Assembly (NCBI GenBank): GCA_039589315.1
Contig: JBDHHQ010000021.1
Location: forward strand, 1 to 64,000
DNA: 64,000 bases
Origin: Gemmatimonadota bacterium
GTDB taxonomy: Bacteria; Gemmatimonadota; Gemmatimonadetes; Longimicrobiales; Gaopeijiaceae
Direction of reading: 5' to 3'
How positions within the stretch are numbered: the first letter of the stretch is position 1; the number at the start of each line of letters is the position of its first letter. The notes beneath the pieces were generated by a model. It was given only the letters and a program-made list of their open reading frames with translations, was not told where the DNA came from and searched no databases. Positions 29,783 to 39,001 of this stretch are shown piece after piece. Position numbers and translations under genes: made by a program.

Positions 29783-31245
29783 GGCGTCCCCATCTCGCGC
29801 AGACCTTGCATCACCGCGTCGACCACCAACCGATTGCCCTCTTCCGTGTAGTGCGGAGTGACGCGATACGGAAACAGGGACAGCGGATCGGGGTGGGCGG
29901 CGAAGACGGGGACCAGATCGACCGTCCGGATCCGCAGACCAGCGGCTTGTGCCAGGACCTCCAGACGATACGGGTTGCTGCCGGGCTCCCCGGCGAGGCG
30001 CCTCCGGGACGGCAGATACACGAACAGCATCTCGCCGCCCCAGGCGTGGACGTCGTCCTGGGCCGCCTCCAGGACTCGACGGAACAGCTCGGCGTTCCAG
30101 GGATGGTGTCGAACCGACCGGCCCTCCCGCGACCGCTCGACAGTGGCCCGCAGCTCCCAGAGCTTGATCCACTTCATCCAGGGACGGTTCCTGATCCGCC
30201 GGGCTGCCTCCTCACGGAGGCGCAGCCGCTCGACGATGGCACGTTCCTGCTCCCGGCGCACGTGGATCACCCAGTCCGCGAGGACCCTGTCGAGTCGATC
30301 CTGCTTCGACCGGAGCCCCTGTTCGAATCCAGGTCGGAGATAGCGCCGCAGGATATCGTGCTGGCTCTCGTCCTGCAGGTTTATGAGGTCGTCGTCTTCA
30401 TAGAAGAGCCACACCACGGCGGGTGGTCGGAGGGGGACGGCGTACTCACGGACGGAGGCCAAGGTCGTGAGGGGGCCGCTCGATTCGGAGCCGAACGAGA
30501 CGACGCTGGGCACCGCCTCCCGCAACACTCCTATTATGTCGCTGTCGGAGGCGGTGCACCCGCCGTGCGCGAACGAGTCGCCCACGAGCACGACCTCGAC
30601 CTCTCCGGGAACGTGACTCCCCACGGGGTTGCGAAAGCCGTACTCGTCGGACCGGTACATCCCCCACTCGCCGAGCTCGTTGCAGAACAGGGTCGGGACT
30701 CGTGAGACTCCCGGCGCGATCGGGGCGATGTCGCGTCCGTCGATCCGTGGCGGGTCGCTCGAGATCGCCGTGACACCGTCGACGCTGGGCCACGCCTCCT
30801 GTCCGGCTGCCCTCAGGTCCTCGATGACCTGCATGCGGGTGCGCGCGTCGAACTTCCCGCCGCCGGCGACCATGGTCAGGCACATCCAGCGCTCCGGGAG
30901 CGCCCGGGGGCAGGCGGAATCGGCGACGGCCACCGGGAGGCCGTATTCCGTACGGGTGGCCCGGACGTAACCGAGCCAAGCTTCGGCCGTGTAGAGGGCA
31001 CCGACGGTGAGCGCCAGCGACAGGCCGAGCTTCAGCTGGATTTCCCTGGAGGCGCGGAGTGCGGCGGCGAGACCGACCGCCGCCGCCGCCGGCAGCGTGT
31101 AGTAGAGGATCACCGACCCGACGCCGCCCAGTCTCCGCTCGTAGGTCAGCACGGAGTAGAGAAGCGCGACCGAAGCCACGATCAGGCCCACGGCCAGAAT
31201 CAACTTGGCGCCGCGCGTGAGGCTCGGGTGGGTCGGTGGGGGCAT
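29779..31245 (-). CDS. Membrane-anchored SGNH/GDSL hydrolase-like protein (AlgX/AlgJ-like)
   Basis: Three N-terminal TM segments; SDEYGFRNP, VGDSFAHG, FYEDDD, PHYTEEGNRLV; ATGA overlap with the downstream gene. Confidence 0.8.
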   Translation of the reverse strand: MPPPTHPSLTRGAKLILAVGLIVASVALLYSVLTYERRLGGVGSVILYYTLPAAAAVGLAAALRASREIQLKLGLSLALTVGALYTAEAWLGYVRATRTEYGLPVAVADSACPRALPERWMCLTMVAGGGKFDARTRMQVIEDLRAAGQEAWPSVDGVTAISSDPPRIDGRDIAPIAPGVSRVPTLFCNELGEWGMYRSDEYGFRNPVGSHVPGEVEVVLVGDSFAHGGCTASDSDIIGVLREAVPSVVSFGSESSGPLTTLASVREYAVPLRPPAVVWLFYEDDDLINLQDESQHDILRRYLRPGFEQGLRSKQDRLDRVLADWVIHVRREQERAIVERLRLREEAARRIRNRPWMKWIKLWELRATVERSREGRSVRHHPWNAELFRRVLEAAQDDVHAWGGEMLFVYLPSRRRLAGEPGSNPYRLEVLAQAAGLRIRTVDLVPVFAAHPDPLSLFPYRVTPHYTEEGNRLVVDAVMQGLREMGTP

Positions 31246-31431
31246 CCCGCTCACAATCTGTCCGCTCCCGGGCGCTGCGTCGCTCGATGACGTCGGTCTC
31301 GTCCCAGCGGGCCCCGGGGCCCTCGCTGGCCGAGCGGCCGTGGCCCGAGTGCTTGGTCGCGCGACGGATTCCACGCCAAGGTGGGCGGCCCCCGCGGGCC
31401 GATGCAAGGCGAGATAGCCGGACCCTTGGGC

Positions 31432-32007
31432 CTAGCCGTCCTCCTGAAAGCCCGCTTCGAGACGCCGAATGATCGACGGGTACACGATCCACCGACGGAA
31501 GGGGTCGATCAGCCTCATGTAGAGCGGCGTGAATCGGCTGACCGGTTTCACGTAGATTGCCCAGTAGAGCGTGTGCCCCCGCTCGGACCGGACCAGGGCG
31601 AAGAGCAGGAATGCGTGGACCGTGCGGTTGATGACTTCGCCCAGCGCTTCGTGCGGGAAGGTGTAGATCGTCGTCCAGAAGCCCTGCGTCGATCCGGGCT
31701 CGTCCAGCGAGCTCGCCCGGTCATCCCGCGACAGCCGACTCACGTATGACGCCGCGCTGAGCTCCGGAGACAGGTCGTCCCATCCAAACAGCCTTCCCAA
31801 TCCCCTGCGAAGCGTGAAGAGAGCCTTCGTCACGGGATCCACACCTCCGCTCTCCAGCGCGACGAACCGGCCCAGGGCCTCGGGCATGGTCAGGTCCACG
31901 CGGGAGCCGCGAAGGCGGATCTTCCACACGTCGTGCAAGGGGACGTCGTCCAGGAAGTCGTGTGCCCGGAGGTCTAACGAGCGGAGCTCCGAGGGTTGAA
32001 TTCGCAT
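31432..32007 (-). CDS. DUF2867-like protein
   Basis: LHDVW, LFTLRRGLGRLFGWD, EVINRTVH, YMRLIDPFRRWIVYP. Confidence 0.75.
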   Translation of the reverse strand: MRIQPSELRSLDLRAHDFLDDVPLHDVWKIRLRGSRVDLTMPEALGRFVALESGGVDPVTKALFTLRRGLGRLFGWDDLSPELSAASYVSRLSRDDRASSLDEPGSTQGFWTTIYTFPHEALGEVINRTVHAFLLFALVRSERGHTLYWAIYVKPVSRFTPLYMRLIDPFRRWIVYPSIIRRLEAGFQEDG

Positions 32008-32021
32008 GTCGGCTCCGAAGC

Positions 32022-32354
32022 TCACGTCCCCGACCCGACCTCCTCGATCATGAGCTCCGGATGGCGGCCGGGCAGCGCCACCCTGAACCAGATGAATGGC
32101 AGCAGCGGATTGGGAAGCCAGTACTTCCAGCCAAGGCCGCGCACCGGCTTCTGACCGTCGAGCCGCAGATCCAGCCACACGTAGAGGAACTTATAGACGC
32201 AGACGCCCGGAGCGAACTTCGCCCTGAAGCCCTCCGTCAACAGGTACTTCCGCGCTATGTAGTAGTTGCCTTCGAAGGGGGTGATCCCCCAGCCCACAGG
32301 GCCCTCGGCCAAGAGGGTGCCGGAGGGCGTGTGGGTGATGCGAATCCAGCGCAC
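32022..32354 (-). CDS. Hypothetical protein, DUF427-like
   Basis: LLAEG...FEGNYY...CVYK resembles the DUF427 EGNxY and CPxKG pattern; start GTG 32354 or ATG 32408. Confidence 0.6.
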   Translation of the reverse strand: MRWIRITHTPSGTLLAEGPVGWGITPFEGNYYIARKYLLTEGFRAKFAPGVCVYKFLYVWLDLRLDGQKPVRGLGWKYWLPNPLLPFIWFRVALPGRHPELMIEEVGSGT

Positions 32355-32539
32355 GTGAGCCTCGCGCTGGTGCCCTGTCGAGGGAGACGGCCAAGCGAAC
32401 CCGTTCACCGCCTTCGATCATCCGTAGAACGAACCGGTGATACCATCCTCCGTAGCCCCAACGGGTGGGAGGCCTGGATGGTTCGCAGCGGCCTGAGTCG
32501 AGCGACCGGTCACCCGAAAGGACCAGCACCTTCCCGGCC

Positions 32540-33403
32540 TCAGGTCGTGCTCGCGACCCTTCGACCGAGACGGATGGCCAGCAAGAGCAGCAGCGGAGTC
32601 TGGATCACGACGGCTCCGATGGGGATCGCGGCCGTTTCCACCCTACCCAACAAGGTCCCGCCAACGAAGATCGCGAGGCCTCCGTTCCGGAGGCTGAAGT
32701 CGAGAGCCAGCGTGAAACGGTCTTCGTCGTTGAGACCGAGCACGGTGGCCGTGCCGTATCCGAGGGCCAGGGTCACGATGGCGAACAGGAGCACCAGTGA
32801 AGAAACCCACAGCGCGTCGGCCATCAACGCGTCGAGAACCCGGTACCCGACCAGGATCGCCACCAACAGGATGCCCACCACACTCCCCTTTCGGACGATC
32901 GGCATCGCCCGGGCGGCCGCTACCGGCCACACAAGCCGCACGCCCATCCCGACGGCCAGCGGCACGATCATGGTGGCGAAGGTCTGGACCAGCATGGGTA
33001 GGATCGGCGTGCTGACCTCAGCGGCCTGACCCAGTCCGAGCCTCAAGCTCGTCGCGAGCAGCATCGGCAAGAGGAATGGCAGGGCCAGATTGCCGATCGC
33101 CGTGAGTGTGACCGAAAGCGGGGTATTCGCCCGCGCCAGATCCACGAGGAAGTTGACCATCGCAGCTGGAGGGCACACTGCAAGGATGATCAACCCCGCT
33201 GCCAGGTAAGGGGGGGGATCGAGGAGGATGGCGAGGCCCACGGCCACGAGCGGAAGCAGGACGAGCTGAACCGCCGTTGCCATGAACACGACGCGTGGGA
33301 ATCGTGCCACGCGCCCGAAGTCCTCAGGTGCCAGGCTCAGCCCCACCACGGTCATGATGTAGACCACGACTGCGGGAACGACGACCTGAATGACCAGATC
33401 CAT
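32540..33403 (-). CDS. Bile acid:sodium symporter (BASS) family transporter
   Basis: MTVVGLSL, QLVLLP, AVCPPA, ARANTPLSVTLT, DFSLRNGG. Confidence 0.85.
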   Translation of the reverse strand: MDLVIQVVVPAVVVYIMTVVGLSLAPEDFGRVARFPRVVFMATAVQLVLLPLVAVGLAILLDPPPYLAAGLIILAVCPPAAMVNFLVDLARANTPLSVTLTAIGNLALPFLLPMLLATSLRLGLGQAAEVSTPILPMLVQTFATMIVPLAVGMGVRLVWPVAAARAMPIVRKGSVVGILLVAILVGYRVLDALMADALWVSSLVLLFAIVTLALGYGTATVLGLNDEDRFTLALDFSLRNGGLAIFVGGTLLGRVETAAIPIGAVVIQTPLLLLLAIRLGRRVASTT

Positions 33404-33684
33404 GGGCGCATAGTCTGGCGTCCCGGACATCACCGAGCCAGGCCCGCTGTCATGCGACGGCCCGTGCACCTAACCCGCGGTTGCTTCGCGGTCCGCCCCA
33501 CCGGGAGGTTGCGCTCCCCCTCCATCGGCACGATCTTCTGGCGATTTTTTCCGAATCCGGGCACTGACGGACAGTGTTCCAGACGACCCCACCAACGGGT
33601 CCCCGGATCTCCGGAAGAGCCATACCGGCAGCGGCTTGTCCGCAGTGCTGGTTCAGACGCAGCCAATCCAGGACGGCGGAAGGG

Positions 33685-34323
33685 ATGACCGAACGACTTC
33701 GGAACACAGGAGTCGCAGCGGCGCTCATCGTGGCGCTGAGCGGGTCGGCGTGCTCCGAGCCGACTCCGGGCCTTGCCCGGGGCGACGCTCTGTTCGACAC
33801 CTGCGTTCCTTGCCACGGCGCAGAAGGTCAAGGAAACCGGGAGCTTGGAGCGCCCGCCATCGCCGGACTACCTCAATGGTACGTCCAGGCCCAGCTCGAG
33901 AAGTTCGAGTCGGGATGGCGGGGCGCCCATCCGATGGACACGGTAGGGATCCGCATGAAGTCCATGGCGCGCTCCCTCGACCTCGAGGGCGACCTGGAGT
34001 CGGTGGCCGAATACGTGGCCACCATGCCGCCCACGGATCCCCAACCCGTTCTGCACGGTGACGCGCAGGCCGGTCAAACGGTCTATCAGGGAACCTGCAT
34101 CGCTTGCCACGGCCCGGACGGGCGGGGCAACGAGGCGTTGAACGCACCGCCGCTGGTGGGTCAGAGCGATTGGTACCTTCTGGCCCAGTTCCAGAAGTTC
34201 CGGAAGGGTTGGAGAGGCACGAATCCCAACGATACCTGGGGCTCGACCATGTACCCCAACTCCCTGCTCTACGAAGACGCCGCAGTGGAAGACGCCCTGG
34301 CCTACATCCAGACCTTGCAGTAG
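33685..34323 (+). CDS. Diheme cytochrome c4-like lipoprotein
   Basis: Lipobox SGSA-C; CVPCHG and CIACHG; APAIAG / APPLVGQ; Met ligands (IRMKSM, STM). Confidence 0.93.
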   Translation: MTERLRNTGVAAALIVALSGSACSEPTPGLARGDALFDTCVPCHGAEGQGNRELGAPAIAGLPQWYVQAQLEKFESGWRGAHPMDTVGIRMKSMARSLDLEGDLESVAEYVATMPPTDPQPVLHGDAQAGQTVYQGTCIACHGPDGRGNEALNAPPLVGQSDWYLLAQFQKFRKGWRGTNPNDTWGSTMYPNSLLYEDAAVEDALAYIQTLQ

Positions 34324-34338
34324 GGACACGATACGCGC

Positions 34339-34521
34339 ATGAGCAACGAAGTGAGTGCCCCGAAGGAGAATCTGCCGGTGGACGAAGCTTCCATCGAGGA
34401 CGCCTATCTGGCGATCCCCGACGAGGAGAATCCACCCATCATCGACGCTCGCAAGACGTTCCGCGTGACCGTGATCATGGCGATCCTGTTCATCGGAAGT
34501 GTCTTCGTCTTCATTCTTTGA
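34339..34521 (+). CDS. Small single-TM protein in oxidase operon
   Basis: 60 aa; acidic N-terminus and C-terminal TM helix; fills the gap between cyt c4 and subunit II. Confidence 0.7.
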   Translation: MSNEVSAPKENLPVDEASIEDAYLAIPDEENPPIIDARKTFRVTVIMAILFIGSVFVFIL

Positions 34522-34543
34522 TCCGAGCGGAACCGCTGCGCCC

Positions 34544-35311
34544 ATGATCGAGAGTCTGATTCAGCAAGCATCGTCGTACGCGGCGTCCATCGACGGGATC
34601 ATCCTGTTGATCGCCGTGCTGGTGGGGTTCTGGTTCATCCTGGCAGAGGGCGTCTTCTTCTGGCTGATCCTGAAGTTCCGGGCCAAGCCCGGGCAGAAGA
34701 GCGACTACATCACCGGCAAGGAGAAGCATCTCAAGCGGTGGATCACGATTCCCCACGCGCTGGTGCTGCTGTGCGACGTCTTCATCGTCATAGGCGCAGT
34801 CCGGGTCTGGCATGAGGTCAAGCTCCAGCTGCCCGAACCCGACGCGACTGTCAGGGTCATCGGCCAGCAGTGGGCGTGGGTGTTCCAGCACCCAGGCCCC
34901 GACAACGAGTTGGACACCGGCGACGACATCTTCACGACCGACGAGCTGCACGTTCAGAACGATCGGACGTACCACTTCCAGCTCCAGTCGCGAGACGTGG
35001 TCCACAGCTTCTCGGTGCCGGTCTTCCGCCTCAAGCAGGACGCGGTCCCGGGCCGGACCATCACCGGTTGGTTCCGTCCTACGCAGACGGGTGAGTTCGA
35101 CATCCAGTGCGCCGAGATCTGTGGAATCGGCCACGGCGTTATGGGGGCCCGGATCCACATCGAGAGTGAGAGCGAACACGCCACCTGGATGGCGCTGAAC
35201 AGCCCTGGGGACGGCACCGGCTTGGCACTAGCCGGCCCGGTGGATGCCCCGGCACTCGCTCCGGCAGCGGACCACGACAGCCACGACCACAGTCCGTCGA
35301 ACACCCAGTAG
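34544..35311 (+). CDS. coxB: Cytochrome c oxidase subunit II
   Basis: Two TM helices; GQQWAW; DVVHSF; CuA motif CAEICGIGHGVM. Confidence 0.95.
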   Translation: MIESLIQQASSYAASIDGIILLIAVLVGFWFILAEGVFFWLILKFRAKPGQKSDYITGKEKHLKRWITIPHALVLLCDVFIVIGAVRVWHEVKLQLPEPDATVRVIGQQWAWVFQHPGPDNELDTGDDIFTTDELHVQNDRTYHFQLQSRDVVHSFSVPVFRLKQDAVPGRTITGWFRPTQTGEFDIQCAEICGIGHGVMGARIHIESESEHATWMALNSPGDGTGLALAGPVDAPALAPAADHDSHDHSPSNTQ

Positions 35312-35329
35312 CGGAGAGAGACGACCAAC

Positions 35330-37039
35330 ATGGCTCAGGCCGCCACGATTGCCGAGGGTGCCGAGCACCACGCTCACGAGCACCACGGTCCCCAGGGGAT
35401 CCTGAAGTACATCTGGTCCACCGACCACAAGATCATCGCCATGCAGTATCTCTTTACGGGGATGTTCATGGGTGTGATCGGTGGTCTGATGGCGTACGTG
35501 TTCCGTATGCAGCTGGCTTTCCCGGGTGTCTCGGTCCCCGGCTTCGGCGTGGTCTCGCCCGGTGAGTACAACGCACTCGTGACGAACCACGGGTCCATCA
35601 TGATCTTCTGGGTGGCGATGCCCGTATTGATCGCCGCCTTCGGGAACTTCCTGATCCCCCTGATGATCGGGGCGGACGACATGGTGTTCCCCAGGATCAA
35701 CCGGCTGTCGTTTCAGATCTTCTTCCTGAGCGCCGTCCTGATCCTTCTCTCGCTGGTGGTGGAGGGTGGCGGCTTTGGGGGCGCCTGGACGGCGTATCCG
35801 CCGCTTTCAGCCAATTCGGCCTACAACCTGACCAAGCTGGGCGCGACGCTCTGGCTCCTGGCCGTGGCGCTCGAGTTCGTGGCTTTCCTGCTGGGCGGCA
35901 TCAACTTCATCACGACGTTGATGAACTCCCGAGCCCCCGGGATGAAGGCCTACGACATCCCGCTGGTCTGCTGGATGATCGTGATCGCCAGCATCATCTT
36001 CATGCTGTCGGTGGGCCCGCTCATCGCAGGCGCGGTGATGCTGCTCTTCGATCAGGTGATCGGTACCGGCTTCTACGACCCGACCCGAGGCGGGGACCCG
36101 ATCCTCTGGCAGCACCTCTTCTGGTTCTTCGGCCACCCCGAGGTGTACGTTGTGTTGCTGCCGGCCATCGGCATCGTGATCGACGTCGTGGCCACCTTCG
36201 CCCGCAAGAAGGTGTTCGGCTACAAGATCATGCTCTACACGGCGGTAGCCACCGGCGTGTTGAGCTTCTTCGTCTGGGCGCACCACCAGTTCGTCGCCGG
36301 GATCGACCCCCGGATGGCGAACATCTTTACGGTCACGACGCTGCTGATCTCGGTGCCCATCGCCGAGTTGTGCTTCGTAATCATCGCGACGCTGTATCGA
36401 GGGTCGATTACGCTCAATACGCCCATGCTCTGGGCACTCTCGTTCATCGCAGAGTTTCTGATCGGCGGTGTCACGGGGATCTTCCTGGGAGCCAGCGGCT
36501 CGGATATCTACCTGCACGACACGTACTTCGTGTTGGCGCACTTCCACTACACGTTCTTCCCCATCGCCATCATCGGGGCATTCGCCGCGCTGACGTACTG
36601 GTTCCCGAAGATGTTCGGGCGGATGATGAACGACACTCTCGGGAAGATCCACTTCTGGGGAACGATCATCCCGTTCAACTTCATCTTCATTCCGCTGTTC
36701 GTGCTCGGGTTGGGTGGTCAGCACCGCCGGATCTACAACTTCCAGAATTTCTCCGAGCTGGCGGCCATGCAGCCCTACCGGGTCCTGGCCACGGTGTCGT
36801 TGATCGTCATGCTCCTCTTCCAGCTGGTCTTCTTCTACAACTTCTTCCGGAGCATGCGGAAGGGAGAGGCGGCAGGCAGGAACCCGTGGAAGGCAAACAC
36901 CCTGGAGTGGACGGCGGAATCGCCGCCGCCCCACGGCAACTGGCCCCGTGACGAGATGCCCCGCGTCTACCGCGGTCCCTACGAGTACGGGCACCCGGAC
37001 CGTGAAGAAGACTACTGGCCCCAGAACCTTCCTGCCTGA
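35330..37039 (+). CDS. coxA: Heme-copper oxidase subunit I, A1-type (divergent K-channel)
   Basis: H87, GHPEVY (H269/E271/Y273), WAHH (H318/H319), LHDTY, AHFHY (H404/H406), RR pair. Confidence 0.97.
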   Translation: MAQAATIAEGAEHHAHEHHGPQGILKYIWSTDHKIIAMQYLFTGMFMGVIGGLMAYVFRMQLAFPGVSVPGFGVVSPGEYNALVTNHGSIMIFWVAMPVLIAAFGNFLIPLMIGADDMVFPRINRLSFQIFFLSAVLILLSLVVEGGGFGGAWTAYPPLSANSAYNLTKLGATLWLLAVALEFVAFLLGGINFITTLMNSRAPGMKAYDIPLVCWMIVIASIIFMLSVGPLIAGAVMLLFDQVIGTGFYDPTRGGDPILWQHLFWFFGHPEVYVVLLPAIGIVIDVVATFARKKVFGYKIMLYTAVATGVLSFFVWAHHQFVAGIDPRMANIFTVTTLLISVPIAELCFVIIATLYRGSITLNTPMLWALSFIAEFLIGGVTGIFLGASGSDIYLHDTYFVLAHFHYTFFPIAIIGAFAALTYWFPKMFGRMMNDTLGKIHFWGTIIPFNFIFIPLFVLGLGGQHRRIYNFQNFSELAAMQPYRVLATVSLIVMLLFQLVFFYNFFRSMRKGEAAGRNPWKANTLEWTAESPPPHGNWPRDEMPRVYRGPYEYGHPDREEDYWPQNLPA

Positions 37040-37050
37040 GGTCCGATCAA

Positions 37051-37623
37051 TTGGATAAGCCCATCGCGACCACGCGCTACGCTACCGGGATCCCCACCGG
37101 CCGTCTGGCTGTCTGGTGGGTTCTCGCCTCCGAGGTCGTCATCTTCGGGGGCCTGCTGGCGTCCTATCTCATGTTCCGGCTCGGTCATCCGGAGTGGGCC
37201 GACGCCGCGGCGCACACCAACACGTGGATCGGCGCATTCAACACCTTCGTCCTGCTTACGTCGAGCTTCACCGCGGTCCTGGCCCACCAAGCCGCGGAGA
37301 AGGGCGACGGGCAGCTGGCGGCCAAGTACCTGGGGTTCACCATCATCGGTGCGGCCACCTTCATCGGCGTGAAGAGCTTCGAGTGGTACTCGGAGATCAC
37401 CCACGGCTATACCATCACGGCGAACGGATTCTGGAGCTTCTACTACACGGCGGCGGGGCTGCACGCGGCCCACGTGATCGCAGGCGCCGTCATCATGGCG
37501 TTCGTCGCGAGGGACGCGGCGCAGAACAAGGAGCTCCACCGGGTGGAGCTGATCGGAATCTATTGGCACTTCGTGGACGTCGTCTGGATCTTCCTGTTCC
37601 CCCTGCTCTACATCGCGAAGTAG
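37051..37623 (+). CDS. coxC: Cytochrome c oxidase subunit III (short form, copy 1)
   Basis: LASEVVIFGG, NTFVLLTSS, FYYTAAGLHAAHV, YWHFVDVVWIFLFPLLY. Confidence 0.93.
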   Translation: MDKPIATTRYATGIPTGRLAVWWVLASEVVIFGGLLASYLMFRLGHPEWADAAAHTNTWIGAFNTFVLLTSSFTAVLAHQAAEKGDGQLAAKYLGFTIIGAATFIGVKSFEWYSEITHGYTITANGFWSFYYTAAGLHAAHVIAGAVIMAFVARDAAQNKELHRVELIGIYWHFVDVVWIFLFPLLYIAK

Positions 37624-37630
37624 GTACGAC

Positions 37631-38374
37631 ATGTCGGATCAATCCGGGCACGACATCAACTACAAGAAGATCTATTACACGCTGCTGATCCTGCTGGTGA
37701 TCAGCGTAGCGGGCCCGTTCTTGGGGATCTTCTGGGTCACGCTCATCACGGCCTTCGGGATCGCCTTGGTAAAGGCCAACCTGGTCGTCCAGAACTTCAT
37801 GCACCTGAAGACCGAGCGGCAAATCATGAAGTGGTTGCTGGCCGGGTCTCTCGTGCTCATGTTCCTGCTGTTCGCCGGTGTCGCCGCGGACGTGATGAAG
37901 CACGAAGGCGCCAATTGGGAGAACACGGCTGCCAAGGCCGCCGTGGCCCGGGGAATCCCGGACGCCGACCACGCCGAGGAGTCGGGTGAGGAGCACGGCG
38001 AGGGGTCCGGTGAGGAATCGGGTGCCGAGGCGGGGGCGCCGGAGGGTGGGGCCGCTGTGGCGGTCGCTGGGGCGGCCGAAGCCGCCGCGTTCGACGCCGA
38101 GGGCGCCTTCCAGGCGGTGTGCGCCACCTGCCATGGCTTGACGGGCGGCGGCGACGGGCCGGGTTCGGCGGCCCTGGAGCCCAAGCCCGCGGCCTTCGAC
38201 GACCGGGCCTTCTGGGAGACGCGCACCGAGGCCGACATGGTGACGGTCATCCTGCAGGGCGGTGCGGCGATCGGTAAGTCGCCCCTGATGCCCCCCTGGA
38301 ACGCGCTCTACGACCAGGCAAAGGCCGAGGCCCTGGTTGCCTACATCCGGGAGACCTTCGCGCCCGCCAGCTGA
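37631..38374 (+). CDS. Cytochrome c oxidase subunit IV fused to a monoheme cytochrome c
   Basis: IALVKANLVVQNFMHLKTE subunit IV motif with 3 TM; acidic linker; CATCHG...SPLMPPW. Confidence 0.88.
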   Translation: MSDQSGHDINYKKIYYTLLILLVISVAGPFLGIFWVTLITAFGIALVKANLVVQNFMHLKTERQIMKWLLAGSLVLMFLLFAGVAADVMKHEGANWENTAAKAAVARGIPDADHAEESGEEHGEGSGEESGAEAGAPEGGAAVAVAGAAEAAAFDAEGAFQAVCATCHGLTGGGDGPGSAALEPKPAAFDDRAFWETRTEADMVTVILQGGAAIGKSPLMPPWNALYDQAKAEALVAYIRETFAPAS

Positions 38375-38407
38375 CCCTCGGGTCGGCCGGCTGGGAGACG
38401 ATCGGTA

Positions 38408-39001
38408 ATGGAAGCCTCGACCTTGACGTTGGCGCGCCGCGAGCCGCAGCCGTCACCCCAGCTGCTTGCGAGCAGCGTGCTGGGCATGCTGCTGTTCGTA
38501 TTCACGGAGATCATGCTCTTCTCCGGCTTGATCTCGGCCCACGTCATCTTCCTGTCGGGCCGGGTGGGCGAAATCTGGCCGCCTCCCGGACAGCCTCGTC
38601 TGCCGTTCCAGGAGACGGCCCTGAACACGACGGCGCTTCTGGTGAGCGGCGTGGTCTTGCTCATTGCCCGGCTGGCGTACGCCAAGAGCCCGCGCCGGGC
38701 TCTCGTTCCCATGGCGATCTCGGTTCTGCTCGGCGCATTCTTCGTCGCCGCCCAGGGTGCGGAGTGGCTGGACCTGATCCGCGAGGGGCTCACGATGACG
38801 TCGAGCACGTACGGGGCCTTCTTCTACCTGATCGTGGGCACTCACGCGGTACACGCGGTGGCCGCCATCTTCGGTCTGGCGTGGGCTTGGCTGCGACTGC
38901 GAACAGGCGAGCTCAACAGCGCCCACTTCGACACGGTCCAGATCTTCTGGTATTTTGTGGTGCTCGTGTGGCCGGTGATCTACTTCCAGGTGTACGTGTG
39001 A
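38408..39001 (+). CDS. Cytochrome c oxidase subunit III-like (copy 2)
   Basis: FVFTEIMLFSGL, WPP, NTTALLVS, QGAEW, FYLIVGTHAVH, FWYFVVLVWP. Confidence 0.9.
   Translation: MEASTLTLARREPQPSPQLLASSVLGMLLFVFTEIMLFSGLISAHVIFLSGRVGEIWPPPGQPRLPFQETALNTTALLVSGVVLLIARLAYAKSPRRALVPMAISVLLGAFFVAAQGAEWLDLIREGLTMTSSTYGAFFYLIVGTHAVHAVAAIFGLAWAWLRLRTGELNSAHFDTVQIFWYFVVLVWPVIYFQVYV

Noticed and set aside
33562..33576. CACTG-N5-CAGTG palindrome upstream of the oxidase operon as an FNR/Rex site
   Set aside because: Too short and does not match TTGAT-N4-ATCAA or the Rex consensus.
35330..37039. Subunit I as a nitric oxide reductase
   Set aside because: The cross-link Tyr in HPEVY and the D-channel residues are retained, so it is kept as an A1-type oxidase; altered chemistry remains only a hypothesis.
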